The notes: a model not told the origin generated them from the sequence alone. 64,000 nt of DNA from Candidatus Bathyarchaeota archaeon (GCA_963775465.1 CAVZIW010000008.1:1-64000); one strand, 5' to 3'; shown: positions 10,021 through 20,093, counted from the first letter of the stretch. Program-made: numbers and translations.

Positions 10021-10124
10021 AACAGTTTATCTATTTTTTTACACTTTTTTAACAAAAATCCCTTATATTTTAGGGTAAAGTCTTATTTGGGTACATGCCA
10101 ACTATTCATTAGGCCTGAAAGTTA

Positions 10125-10487
10125 ATGCAACGGCAACCACCCAACCCTGAACATAAAAGAATGAAACGCGAAAAGAAAACCATAGGTTACATGGTCGATA
10201 TCTATTGTAAAAACCACCACGGAACTAAAGATGAAATCTGCTCAGAATGTAGCCAATTCAAAGAATACGCCTTCATGCGACTTGACAATTGCCCTTTTCA
10301 AGACAAAAAAAGCACATGCGGAAAATGTCTTATTCACTGCTATAAGCCAGATATGAAAGAAAAAGCTAAAATTGTAATGCGTTACGCTGGTCCACGCATG
10401 CTAATTCATCATCCAAGCTTGGCGTCGCATCACGTTTGGGATGCGCGACGAAAACCTCCCGTGCTTTCAAAGAAAACATCATCTTAG
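10125..10487 (+). CDS. YgbA / nitrous-oxide-stimulated-promoter family protein
   Basis: REKKTI..MV.IYC..HH, C..C, RLD.CPF..K.TC.KC.IHCY, MRYAGPRM. Confidence 0.85.
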   Translation: MQRQPPNPEHKRMKREKKTIGYMVDIYCKNHHGTKDEICSECSQFKEYAFMRLDNCPFQDKKSTCGKCLIHCYKPDMKEKAKIVMRYAGPRMLIHHPSLASHHVWDARRKPPVLSKKTSS

Positions 10488-10534
10488 TGGCAAACTTTTT
10501 CTAGTCTTTATCACTTATTTTCATTTGATACCTC

Positions 10535-11017
10535 ATGTTTGATGTTGAATCTGAACTAAAGACCTGGTTCTTTGGAGCTAAGAAAATTGTTGTAGCAGGC
10601 ATTGGAAATCCTATTCGCTGCGACGATTATGTTGGCTTGAAAATTGTTGAGTCTATGCACGGAAAAGTTCCTGGAAATGTTCGACTTATGGAATGTGAAA
10701 CGGTTCCTGAAAGCTTCATTTTAGATATCGAAGAGTTTGCTCCCACTCATGTACTATTGATTGATGCTGCCTTACTGGGGTTGAAGCCAGGGCAAATTCA
10801 GCTTGTGGCGCCTGAAAAGGTAGTGGATTTTTCAACGCTCACCTCGCATGTTTTGCCCTTAAGGGTGTTTTGTGAATATGTAAATAAGGTAACTAGAGCA
10901 AAAATTGCTTTATTGCTTGTCGAACCCAATCGCACGGAGTTTGGTGAAGGCTTAAGCATTGAAGTCGCGGAAACTGCAGATACTCTAACAAAGATTTTGC
11001 TAAAGTTGCTCATATAA
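10535..11017 (+). CDS. hycI: Hydrogenase maturation protease (HycI-like)
   Basis: GIGNPIRCDDYVG, ETVPE, LLIDAA, TSH; lies just after mvhA. Confidence 0.88.
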   Translation: MFDVESELKTWFFGAKKIVVAGIGNPIRCDDYVGLKIVESMHGKVPGNVRLMECETVPESFILDIEEFAPTHVLLIDAALLGLKPGQIQLVAPEKVVDFSTLTSHVLPLRVFCEYVNKVTRAKIALLLVEPNRTEFGEGLSIEVAETADTLTKILLKLLI

Positions 11018-11236
11018 TTCCTTTCTGTAAAAACGACCAATGATCAACGTTTAGCAGGGTGACTTCCTCAAACTCTTTTTTTATTCATTTTCGTTAATTC
11101 TATTTAACCTGAACGTTTGAAGTTGAATGTAAGGCAATTTGGATGCTGAAATGTAACAACGGAAAACTTGTCAAAGAAAACTATTCAAAAATCGATTTAA
11201 GCATACTCGGAACAACTAGGTTTTGAGGAATGCAGC

Positions 11237-11807
11237 GTGTTGTACAAAAACGCAGAAATTGAAAACGTTACCTTCCAAGCTTTGGCGCATCCAACTCGCA
11301 GAACGATAATCCGAATTCTTCAGTCAAGAAATCAAGGAGTCTCTTACACTGAACTAATCACAGAACTAGGATTATCATCAGGCAAACTGAACTATCATCT
11401 AGAACATTTAAAAGGCCTAATCGAGAAAAACAGCAACCATTATTATGTTTTGACGCCATTTGGAAAAAAAGGCGTTTGAACACTTAAAACTCGTCGATCA
11501 ACGAATTAGTTCAGAAGACGAGAAATATGTCAAGGTTGCTTCCTCTGCTAAAAATGCAATTCTGCAACCAATAATGAAAGCATTCTTATCAATTGGCATC
11601 GTGGCAATGACTTTTCTGCTTTTCTTTTGGATCTACATAGGCTACATAGCCATATCCGAAGGTGTGCCCCTCATCATTTACATTGTTTTACCTGTCTTAA
11701 CCTCTCTTGGTTTATGTGTTCTCATTTTACTGGTTTACGCATTACTTAGATCGCCTTTGTGGATCAGGCGAATGGAACGAAGATATTTTGGCGAAAACTA
11801 TACTTAA
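11237..11807 (+). pseudogene. ArsR-family wHTH plus two-TM protein split by a +1 frameshift in an A7 run (11464-11470)
   Basis: ALAHPTRRTII...SSGKLNYHL...LTPFGK continues as KAFEHLK after removing one A; may be a sequencing error. Confidence 0.7.
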
Positions 11808-11882
11808 ACGACTTTGCTTTTTCTTTGTGCTTGTAGAATATTAATTAGATAGTTTTTTGTAAACATTGATAAGTGAAATGTT

Positions 11883-12362
11883 ATGGCTGGAAAAGCAGTA
11901 GTCATTATGGGTTCAGAGCGCGATTTAGATTTTAGTCGCGAGATAGCTAAATACCTAAAGCTTCTTGGTGTTGCTTACGAGTTTCGTGTTGCTTCAGCCC
12001 ATAAAACTCCTGAAAAAGTGCTAGAAATATTAAAAGAATTCGAAAATGAAAAAATTATTTATGTCACAGTTGCCGGGCGCTCCAACGCTTTGAGTGCTTT
12101 CGTTGATGGCAACACAGCAAAACCCGTTATTGCTTGCCCACCGTATAGCGAAAAATTTGGCGGCGCCGACATCTATTCTTCCCTTCGCCTTCCAAGCGGC
12201 ATCGGGTCAGTTGTAACAATTGAACCCGAAGGAGCTGCGATCGCAACAGCAAAAATATTCTCTCTGCAAGACCCAGAAATAGAGGTCAACATCAAAAACT
12301 ATCAAGACGGTAAACGCAAAGAAATCGAAAGATCCAATGACTCGGTCAAAAACCTAACATAG
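11883..12362 (+). CDS. purE: N5-CAIR mutase / AIR carboxylase
   Basis: IMGSERD, SAHKTP, AGRSNAL, PVIACPP, SSLRLPSG. Confidence 0.93.
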   Translation: MAGKAVVIMGSERDLDFSREIAKYLKLLGVAYEFRVASAHKTPEKVLEILKEFENEKIIYVTVAGRSNALSAFVDGNTAKPVIACPPYSEKFGGADIYSSLRLPSGIGSVVTIEPEGAAIATAKIFSLQDPEIEVNIKNYQDGKRKEIERSNDSVKNLT

Positions 12363-12631
12363 AACCGAATGCCAACTTGTATATTTACCAATAGCTAGAA
12401 ATTCCTCAACTTTTCTAACCTTTCACAGCTTTCTTGTGACGATCATAGACGTTTTAACCCTTTTTATGACGCACCCTGCAGAAGAAACAAACCCTAATAC
12501 AAAAAGCAAGCCCAAAACAAACTACACAAAATTAAAAAACAAACTACGTTTTTCTATCAGAAAGGTTTCAAAACCTCACAAAATCGATATAAGGACAAAT
12601 ACAAATAATCAAAGCATTCGAGGGAACCAAG

Positions 12632-13690
12632 ATGGGTAGCGTAAAAGATCTGCAAATAATCCAAAAACCATCGCAAAACACGATGGGAACTGGCAGATTC
12701 CTTTTTTCAGACCGTTACAGCGTTTTTGACTGGGGAGAGATGCCTGATCACATAGAAGGCAAAGGCGCCGCTCTCTGTCTTATGGGCGCTTACTGTTTTG
12801 AACAACTTGAAATGATGGGAGTTAAAACACATTACAAAGGTCTAGTAAACGAGAAAGACAAAGGTGTCCAAGTCAAAGAACTCAAGGCGCCTTCAAACAT
12901 CATGGAAGTTGCTCTAGTTAATGTTCATAAACCTAAAACAAACGTAACTGGCGGTAAAATAGTGCATGATTACGGCATGTACAATTCAACGCTTAAGAAC
13001 TGCTTAATCCCCCTTGAAATCATCTATCGAAATGGATTACCTGAAGGTTCCTCAGTTTTCAAACGTTTAGCCCAAGGAAAAGCCACCTTAACAGACCTTG
13101 GTTTAGATCACCAGCCAATCCCAGGGGAAACACTAACTAAACCAATCTTTGATGTCAGCACAAAACTTGAAGAAACAGACCGTTACATAACATGGAATGA
13201 AGCCAAAAAAATAGCAGGACTAACAAACCAAGAACTCAACAACATCAAAGATGTCCTGTTAAAAGCAGATGAAACCATAACCAAAGCCGCTCAAAACGCT
13301 GGTTTAAAAAATGAAGATGGAAAAATCGAGTTAGCCTTTGACGACAAACGAGACCTCATGCTCGTTGACGTATTGGGGACTCTTGACGAATGCCGATTCA
13401 CTTACAACGGAATGCACGTCAGTAAAGAAGTTGCAAGACAATTCTATAAAACAACGACTTGGTATAATGATTTGGAACAAGCAAAAAAAGAAGGCGAAGC
13501 CAAAGGAATCCAAGACTGGAAAACCCTCAGCAAATTACAACCTCCAAAACTCGACGCTAAACTAAAAAATGTCATCAGCGAAATGTACATGGCAGCCGCC
13601 AACGAAATGACCAAAATCAAGCTTTTTGACGTTGCTAAACTTGCAAAAGTAATTAACGAGTACAAAGAGTATATGGGTGAAAAAGCATGA
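12632..13690 (+). CDS. purC: SAICAR synthetase (archaeal long type)
   Basis: MGSVKD, FSDRYSVFDWG, IPLEIIYRN, STKLE, DGKIE, GTLDECRF, SKE. Confidence 0.93.
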   Translation: MGSVKDLQIIQKPSQNTMGTGRFLFSDRYSVFDWGEMPDHIEGKGAALCLMGAYCFEQLEMMGVKTHYKGLVNEKDKGVQVKELKAPSNIMEVALVNVHKPKTNVTGGKIVHDYGMYNSTLKNCLIPLEIIYRNGLPEGSSVFKRLAQGKATLTDLGLDHQPIPGETLTKPIFDVSTKLEETDRYITWNEAKKIAGLTNQELNNIKDVLLKADETITKAAQNAGLKNEDGKIELAFDDKRDLMLVDVLGTLDECRFTYNGMHVSKEVARQFYKTTTWYNDLEQAKKEGEAKGIQDWKTLSKLQPPKLDAKLKNVISEMYMAAANEMTKIKLFDVAKLAKVINEYKEYMGEKA

Positions 13691-14787
13691 CTATGAAAAA
13701 CAAAATCCAAGAGACAATCGCCGACTACAACCAAGAGAAAATCCACATCGGCGTCTTAGGCTCACACAGCGCACTGGAAATTGCTTCAGGCGCAAAACAA
13801 GAAGGCTTCAAAACAGTAGTAGTGTGCCAAAACGGCAGAGAAAAAACCTACGCCCGCTACTACCGAAACATCTTTGACAAATTTATATTTCTCGACAAAT
13901 TCTCAGATATTACCACCCCCGAGATTGTGCAACAACTAAAAGAACTTAACATAATCTTTGTCCCTAACCGATCATTCAGTGTTTACGCAGGCTACGACGC
14001 AATTGAACAAAAATTCACCGTGCCAATAATAGGTAACAGATACCTGCTACGAACCGAGGAACGCAACATCCCCAAAAACCAGCTTTGGCTCCTCAAAGAA
14101 GCAGGCATAAAAATCCCCAAAGCCTTCCAATCACCAAAAGACATCAATTGCCCAGTCATAATCAAAGTAGCCGAAAAAGGCAGAACAATCGAACGCGCAT
14201 TCTTCTACGCCTCAACCCCCGAAGAATACGAACGCGAAGCTCAAAAACGAATTAAAGCAGGCATAATCAGTCGTGAGGCACTCGAAGAATCCATAATCGA
14301 AGAATACGTCCTAGGCGCCAAATTCAACGCCAACTACTTTTACTCCCCACTAAATGACGAAATCGACCTGCTAGGCTTTGACCGACGCATCCAAACAGAC
14401 CTAGACGGCGTCTTAGACTTACCAGCCCAAGAACAACTAGAATTAAAAGTTTCAACCCAGAACATCGAAATCGGACACATGGGCGCAACCATGCGAGAAA
14501 GTCAGCTCGAAAAAATCTTCGATGCTGCCGAACGTTTCGTGCAAATCTGCAAAAAAGAGTTCCCTCCAGGTATGATAGGCCTCTTTGCACTTCAAGGGGC
14601 AGTAACCAAAGAGTTAGAATTCCGCGTTTTCGACGTAAGCCCCCGTGTACCAGGATGCCCATGTGTTGAACCAACATCCCCCTACATGAAATATAAATAC
14701 GGCATAGAAGTTGGACCCGGTAAACGAGTCGCAATGGAAATCAAACGTGCAGTTCGAAAACACCGACTTGCAGACGTGGTCACATGA
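13687..14787 (+). CDS. purP: PurP-family ATP-grasp formate ligase, paralog 1
   Basis: LGSHSALEI, VPNRSF, ERAFF, NANYFYSP, DRRIQT, DVSPRVPG. Confidence 0.88.
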   Translation: MTMKNKIQETIADYNQEKIHIGVLGSHSALEIASGAKQEGFKTVVVCQNGREKTYARYYRNIFDKFIFLDKFSDITTPEIVQQLKELNIIFVPNRSFSVYAGYDAIEQKFTVPIIGNRYLLRTEERNIPKNQLWLLKEAGIKIPKAFQSPKDINCPVIIKVAEKGRTIERAFFYASTPEEYEREAQKRIKAGIISREALEESIIEEYVLGAKFNANYFYSPLNDEIDLLGFDRRIQTDLDGVLDLPAQEQLELKVSTQNIEIGHMGATMRESQLEKIFDAAERFVQICKKEFPPGMIGLFALQGAVTKELEFRVFDVSPRVPGCPCVEPTSPYMKYKYGIEVGPGKRVAMEIKRAVRKHRLADVVT

Positions 14788-15869
14788 TAACAAGCCCCGA
14801 CGTTGGCAAAATAGTCAGCAAATACGACCAAAAAAATCTCACCGTCGGCACTTTGGGCTCCCATAGTTCTTTAAACATATTTAAAGGCGCTAAAGAAGAA
14901 GGCTTCAAAACCGTTTGTATCTGCAAAGAAAAAGACGCCATAATGTACCAAAAATATCCGCTGGTTGATGAGTTAATCATAGTTAAAGATTTCACAGAGT
15001 TGCTCAACGAAAAACTCCAAGAAAGACTGCGCAACCTTAACGTAGTTTTAATTCCACACGGCTCCTTCACAGCATACTTGAGCACAGAGCAATTAACAAA
15101 CAAACTGTATGTGCCCATGTTCGGAAACCGTCAACTACTGCACTGGGAAGCAAACCGAAAAAGCCAAGAAGAATGGCTAAGACAAGCAGGACTCAGACTA
15201 CCCGCAACCTTCAAAACCCCCGAAGACATCGACCGCTTAATAATTGCCAAACTTCAAGGTGCCAAAGGTGGAAGAGGCTACTTCCTTGCCAATTCACCTG
15301 AAAACTTCTATAAACAGTTTAACGAAATGGTCAAACGCGGCATGCTAACAAAAGATGAACTCTCAAGCATCCATCTCCAAGAATACGCGTTGGGCGTCAA
15401 TGTCTACCCCAGCTACTTCAGCTCCATCATAAACAACGATGTCGAGATGCTCTGCATAGACAGACGCTACGAATCAGCAGTCGACTCTATCGGCAAAATC
15501 CCAGCAAGCCAACAACTTGAAATCGACATAAACCCAACATACACCGTTGTTGGAAACTTTCCAGTTGTGCTTCGAGAATCTCTATTGCCCGAAATCATAC
15601 GGATGGGAGAAAACGTACACAAAAAAGCACGCGAACTTGCACCGCCAGGAATCATCGGACCGTTCTGCCTTGAAACAGTTATCACCGACGAAGCCAAAAT
15701 ATACACCTTCGAAATCTCAGCACGCATCGTTGCTGGAACAAACGTTGGCATCGGTACCTCTCCTTATGCCTATCTAAAATACGGCGAAAACATGTACATG
15801 GGCAGACGTATAGCAATGGAATTCAAAGAAGCCATCAAACAAAAACGACTGCAAGACATAGTAGCCTAA
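14784..15869 (+). CDS. purP: PurP FAICAR synthetase, paralog 2 (canonical type)
   Basis: GSHSSL, IPHGSF, GAKGGRGYF, DRRYES, GPFCLE, FEISARIVAGTN. Confidence 0.9.
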   Translation: MITSPDVGKIVSKYDQKNLTVGTLGSHSSLNIFKGAKEEGFKTVCICKEKDAIMYQKYPLVDELIIVKDFTELLNEKLQERLRNLNVVLIPHGSFTAYLSTEQLTNKLYVPMFGNRQLLHWEANRKSQEEWLRQAGLRLPATFKTPEDIDRLIIAKLQGAKGGRGYFLANSPENFYKQFNEMVKRGMLTKDELSSIHLQEYALGVNVYPSYFSSIINNDVEMLCIDRRYESAVDSIGKIPASQQLEIDINPTYTVVGNFPVVLRESLLPEIIRMGENVHKKARELAPPGIIGPFCLETVITDEAKIYTFEISARIVAGTNVGIGTSPYAYLKYGENMYMGRRIAMEFKEAIKQKRLQDIVA

Positions 15870-15874
15870 TACTG

Positions 15875-16636
15875 CTATTCAAGACATAACTTCAAGAGCT
15901 CTTCAAAATTCTTGCGGCTTCTTTCTTTTTTGTAACTCTTCAAAGCAACAACAAGCTTAACTTTGTTTCTTTGTCCCAAGATTTTAGCAATCTTTTTTCC
16001 AGCGTCGCTGTTGCCTTGGAAGAGGAATTGGCACACAGAAGTAACGTTAGAAGCTTTTCGAGATAGACTGGCGGTTTCAAAGTCCACGATGAAAGGCTCT
16101 CCAGTGGTATCAACAAGCAAATGTTTTGGCGCTTTGCTGAGTTCTCCGTGGTCTAAGTATATTTCATCTAGTCGCCAACATTGCTCCAAAATTTCCTCCA
16201 AGACCTTGCGCAAAAAAGCTATATCCGCTTGAGCTTCAACCCAATCGGGGAAAACGTTTCCATCAATCAGCTGCATCAATAAAAAATCCTTCGTGACTGC
16301 AACAAACTTCGGCCCAACTTCAACGCTGTTTGCTTTTAGAAGCAGCTCTGCTTCATGCTCGAGGCTTTCTCTATCAGCATCACTTCTACGCATCTTAAGC
16401 GCAAATCGCTTTCCATTGATATGAGCTACCGCTACTATGCCGACATAACCTTTGCCTAAAACAGGAAGTGTAAAAGCAGTCGACTTGCCAGTAAACTCCA
16501 CAGATTGGACACCGAGACATTGCAATTGTTCAAGGCGACTATCCATTTGCGTTGGGGTTGCTCGTGGATAACAAATGACTAAAGCGTAAGGTTCAGCTCT
16601 GACGTTTTCGACCTGCACAATGGTTGGTGGTTTCAC
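15875..16636 (-). CDS. Archaeal Ser/Thr kinase-like protein (COG2112-like)
   Basis: LGKGYVGIV, ALKMRR, HGELS, IVDFETAS. Confidence 0.8.
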   Translation of the reverse strand: MKPPTIVQVENVRAEPYALVICYPRATPTQMDSRLEQLQCLGVQSVEFTGKSTAFTLPVLGKGYVGIVAVAHINGKRFALKMRRSDADRESLEHEAELLLKANSVEVGPKFVAVTKDFLLMQLIDGNVFPDWVEAQADIAFLRKVLEEILEQCWRLDEIYLDHGELSKAPKHLLVDTTGEPFIVDFETASLSRKASNVTSVCQFLFQGNSDAGKKIAKILGQRNKVKLVVALKSYKKERSRKNFEELLKLCLE

Positions 16637-16810
16637 CTTTAAATCCTCTTGTCCATAAACATGAGGCTAGTTAATTAAAGCTTAAGTGGATATTGAAAAA
16701 TTTGCTTTAAAACACAATTTTGGCGAAGCACCTCTCGGATATTTGTTCTATCTTTTAGTTTATAATAAAAAAGATAATATGCATATCAGAACTATCCTAA
16801 ACAGTCACTA

Positions 16811-18943
16811 ATGCCGCACTTTAAGCAAATACCCCAAATTCAACAACTGATGAGCAACAAAGAACTCATCCGAAACATAGGCATAATTGCGCACATCGAT
16901 CACGGAAAAACCACTCTTGCTGATTCCCTACTGGCTGGAACAGGTTTGCTATCTCCAAGAATGGCGGGTTCCGCACGTGTGCTGGATTACCTTGAAGAAG
17001 AGCAGAAACGTAAAATTACAATAAAAACAGCTAACATTAGTCTGCTCTACAAAACAGACGGAAATCCTTTCCTAATCAACTTAGTTGATACACCCGGACA
17101 TGTGGACTTTACAGGGAAAGTCACTCGAGCCCTGCGGGTAATTGACGGTGCAGTGGTTATTGTAGATGCAGTCGAGGAGATTATGGCGCAAACAGAAATC
17201 CTTACAAGGCAAGCGCTTCAAGAACGGGTGTGCCCAGTGCTATTCATCAACAAAGTTGACCGTCTAATAGTTGAACTGCAGCTTAACGAAGAACAAATCC
17301 AAAAAAAGCTTAACTATATAATCGGATCGTTCAATGACCTCATAGAACTTTATGCGGATGCTTCTTTTAAAAAGCAATGGAAAATTGACCCTTCAGTTGG
17401 CAATTTGGCTTTTGGTTCAGCTTTGCACGGTTGGGGATTTACATTAAACATGGTAAAACGTCGAGGAGTAAAATTTTCCGACATAATCAAAGCCTATGGA
17501 GAGGGCAGACAGATAGAGCTGCAGAGAAACCTCCCTGTTTCAGAAGCCGTTTTTAAAATGGCTATTGAATCGCTTCCGAATCCCCGTAAAGCACAATCTT
17601 ACCGAGTTGAAAAAATCTGGGCTGGACACACAGACTCTAAAGTTGGTAGGGCATTGGTCGCTTGCAGAGACGATGGACCAACTGTAACATTCATTACAGA
17701 TGTACATTCAGAAATAGACGGTAGCACTATCGCCACTGGAAGAATTTTCGCCGGCAAAATCAAGGTGGGTGATAAGTTACATCTTGTTGACGCCTTAATC
17801 GAAACAGATGTTAAGCAAGTTTCTATTAATATGGGATCGTTCCGAGAAGAGGTCACTGAAGTTTCTGCTGGAAACTTAACTTCCTTGACCCTGTCTGGTC
17901 AGGTTGAGATTGGTGAAACCATCGTTGATATGTCGCATAAGGCTGGTATGGTGCCCTTCGAAGGAATATCCTATCTTTCAGAGACTGTTATCACATTAGC
18001 TGTTGAACCTAAAAACCCCCAAGAATTGCCACTTTTAACATCGGGGCTTGAGAAGCTTACCGTTGAAGACCCAAATCTAAAAATGGATGTGGACAAAGAA
18101 ACAGGAGAATACTTACTAAGCGGTATGGGCGAGCTGCATCTGGAAATAGCTATAACTCAGCTCAAGAACGCTTGTGGTATTGATATTGCAGTCTCATCTC
18201 CAAGAGTTGTTTACAAAGAAGCTGTTTCAAAGAAGGGCGTTGTTGCTTTGGCAAAAAGTCCCAACAAGCTGAATTGCTTTTGGTTGCAAGTTGAGCCTGA
18301 AGCTGAAGAACAAGCTGCGCCTCTAGAAGCCGAAGAATTAGGAAACATACTTGCAATTGATGAAAACCGAAATGTACTTTTAGATTGCAGGAGAAAACCC
18401 GACAGAGTTTCTGATGAAGTTTTAGAAGCAATTATCGCTGGGTTTGAGTATGCTTGCAAAGCAGGTCCGTTGTGTGGGGAGCCGATAAGGCATTTACAAA
18501 TAAAGCTTATTGATATGCAGCTTGAAGAAGTAGAATCAGCTCTATCCGAAGTTATGCACGGAGTCGGAAAAGCAATCTTTGGTAGTTTCCTAACAGCTCA
18601 ACCAACTCTACTTGAACCCATTTATAAAATCACAATAACCGTAGCTACAGAATTGTCCGGTGAATCCTCAAGAATCCTAAGCACTCGAAGAGGCAAAATC
18701 ACCTTATTTGAACAAAAAGGACTGCTCACACACATCAGCGGTTTCATCCCTGTTTCCGAAACCTTCGGTTTCTCCAAAGAATTGCGCTCGGCAACCTCGG
18801 GACGTGCGTTTTGGCAATCCTTCTTTGACCACTGGGAAAAGATGCCCCAAAAGTTGGCGACGAATGTAATTAACGATTTACGTCAGCGGAAAGGGCTTGC
18901 TCCTAAAGTGCCTAAACCAGAGAAATTTATGGAGCCTCAATAA
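16811..18943 (+). CDS. Elongation factor 2 paralog (aEF-2p-like) lacking the diphthamide loop
   Basis: AHIDHGKTT, RKITI, DTPGHVDF, NKVD, GMGELHLE, GPLCGEP, LRSATSGRA; the domain IV HRG loop is replaced by LEEVESALSEV. Confidence 0.9.
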   Translation: MPHFKQIPQIQQLMSNKELIRNIGIIAHIDHGKTTLADSLLAGTGLLSPRMAGSARVLDYLEEEQKRKITIKTANISLLYKTDGNPFLINLVDTPGHVDFTGKVTRALRVIDGAVVIVDAVEEIMAQTEILTRQALQERVCPVLFINKVDRLIVELQLNEEQIQKKLNYIIGSFNDLIELYADASFKKQWKIDPSVGNLAFGSALHGWGFTLNMVKRRGVKFSDIIKAYGEGRQIELQRNLPVSEAVFKMAIESLPNPRKAQSYRVEKIWAGHTDSKVGRALVACRDDGPTVTFITDVHSEIDGSTIATGRIFAGKIKVGDKLHLVDALIETDVKQVSINMGSFREEVTEVSAGNLTSLTLSGQVEIGETIVDMSHKAGMVPFEGISYLSETVITLAVEPKNPQELPLLTSGLEKLTVEDPNLKMDVDKETGEYLLSGMGELHLEIAITQLKNACGIDIAVSSPRVVYKEAVSKKGVVALAKSPNKLNCFWLQVEPEAEEQAAPLEAEELGNILAIDENRNVLLDCRRKPDRVSDEVLEAIIAGFEYACKAGPLCGEPIRHLQIKLIDMQLEEVESALSEVMHGVGKAIFGSFLTAQPTLLEPIYKITITVATELSGESSRILSTRRGKITLFEQKGLLTHISGFIPVSETFGFSKELRSATSGRAFWQSFFDHWEKMPQKLATNVINDLRQRKGLAPKVPKPEKFMEPQ

Positions 18944-19803
18944 TGTTTATTGATATTCCATTTGACTTGAATTTTTCGCTATGCTGCGGGCAGGTGTTCA
19001 GATGGAAAAAAATTGGCGACTGGTGGTACGGTGTCGTCGGCGAAACTGTATTCAAAATCCATCAATTCGACTATAACTTAGAATTTGAAGGCGTCAGCGA
19101 AGAGTTTGTACGGAATTATTTTAGATTAGACGACGATTTACCTAAAATCAGCCGAAATATCGCTAAAGACCCACACATCGGCAAAGCTCTGAAGAGGTTT
19201 GAGGGGTTACGGATAGTGCGGCAAGAACCTTGGGAATGCCTCATCGGTTTTATATGCTCCATTTACAAGAACATCGCCGCCATCGAAAAAATGCTCCAGC
19301 GACTTTCAGAAAAATACGGAGAAAAATGCTCATTTGACGGTCTTGAATTCTATTTGTTTCCCGCTATCGACAGATTGGCTAATTTAAGTGAGGATAAACT
19401 GCGAGAATGTGGATTGGGTTTTAGGGCAAAATATGTTCTGACAACTGCACGAAAAATTCATGAAGAAGACCTGAATCTTCAAAACCTTAAAACTTTGTCC
19501 TATTTGGACGCCCGAAAAAAACTTCTAGAATGCCCTGGTGTAGGCTTGAAAGTGGCAGATTGTGTGCTGCTATTTTCGTTAAACAAAATGGAGGCTTTCC
19601 CAGTGGATGTTTGGGTTAAACGGGTCATTCTAAACCATTACGCAGACAAATTTCCCTTCGATCTGGTAAACAAAATGCGAAGCCACAACTCCCTAACCAA
19701 CGGAGAATACCTAAAAATTGGAGAGTTCGCCAGAAACTATTTTGGAGCCTATGCTGGTTATGCACAAGAATATCTCTACCATTTTGAAAGAACACAATAT
19801 TAA
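18943..19803 (+). CDS. ogg: 8-oxoguanine DNA glycosylase (Ogg1-like, HhH-GPD)
   Basis: CGQVFRW, GLRIVRQEPWECL, GLGFRAKY, PGVGLKVADC, FPVDVW, AGYAQEYLY. Confidence 0.9.
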   Translation: MFIDIPFDLNFSLCCGQVFRWKKIGDWWYGVVGETVFKIHQFDYNLEFEGVSEEFVRNYFRLDDDLPKISRNIAKDPHIGKALKRFEGLRIVRQEPWECLIGFICSIYKNIAAIEKMLQRLSEKYGEKCSFDGLEFYLFPAIDRLANLSEDKLRECGLGFRAKYVLTTARKIHEEDLNLQNLKTLSYLDARKKLLECPGVGLKVADCVLLFSLNKMEAFPVDVWVKRVILNHYADKFPFDLVNKMRSHNSLTNGEYLKIGEFARNYFGAYAGYAQEYLYHFERTQY

Positions 19804-19841
19804 ATTGCAAAAAACAACATTTCCCTAACCGGTGAATATTG

Positions 19842-20093
19842 ATGAGTGAGGGCAAACTTAATCAATTAATAAAACAAAAAAGAATTTTCCTACGACAAAC
19901 TATGAAAGATTACGCTTCAGGAGGCAACGATATGCTTGACGATCTGGAAACAATCATTGTTGAGGCAAAAACAGAAATTATGCATAATTTAGAGCTCGCT
20001 AGCTGTCTAAAAGAAGAAAACGAAGAATCATACAAAAAAGAATGTCTATCCATGTTTGATGCATGGTACGAGAAATGGTTCGGCAAAACCTGA
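19842..20093 (+). CDS. Hypothetical small helical protein (W-x-x-KWFG family)
   Basis: GGTGA RBS; resembles 34738-35001. Confidence 0.65.
   Translation: MSEGKLNQLIKQKRIFLRQTMKDYASGGNDMLDDLETIIVEAKTEIMHNLELASCLKEENEESYKKECLSMFDAWYEKWFGKT

Noticed and set aside
12436-12639. 67-aa ORF between purE and purC
   Set aside because: Low-complexity A/C-rich sequence overlapping the likely purC promoter region.
13687-15869. Two tandem purP genes
   Set aside because: Paired PurP paralogs are well documented in archaea.
15875-16636. Kinase catalytic loop HGELS instead of HxD
   Set aside because: As I recall, this is a feature of the known archaeal COG2112-type family rather than a novelty.
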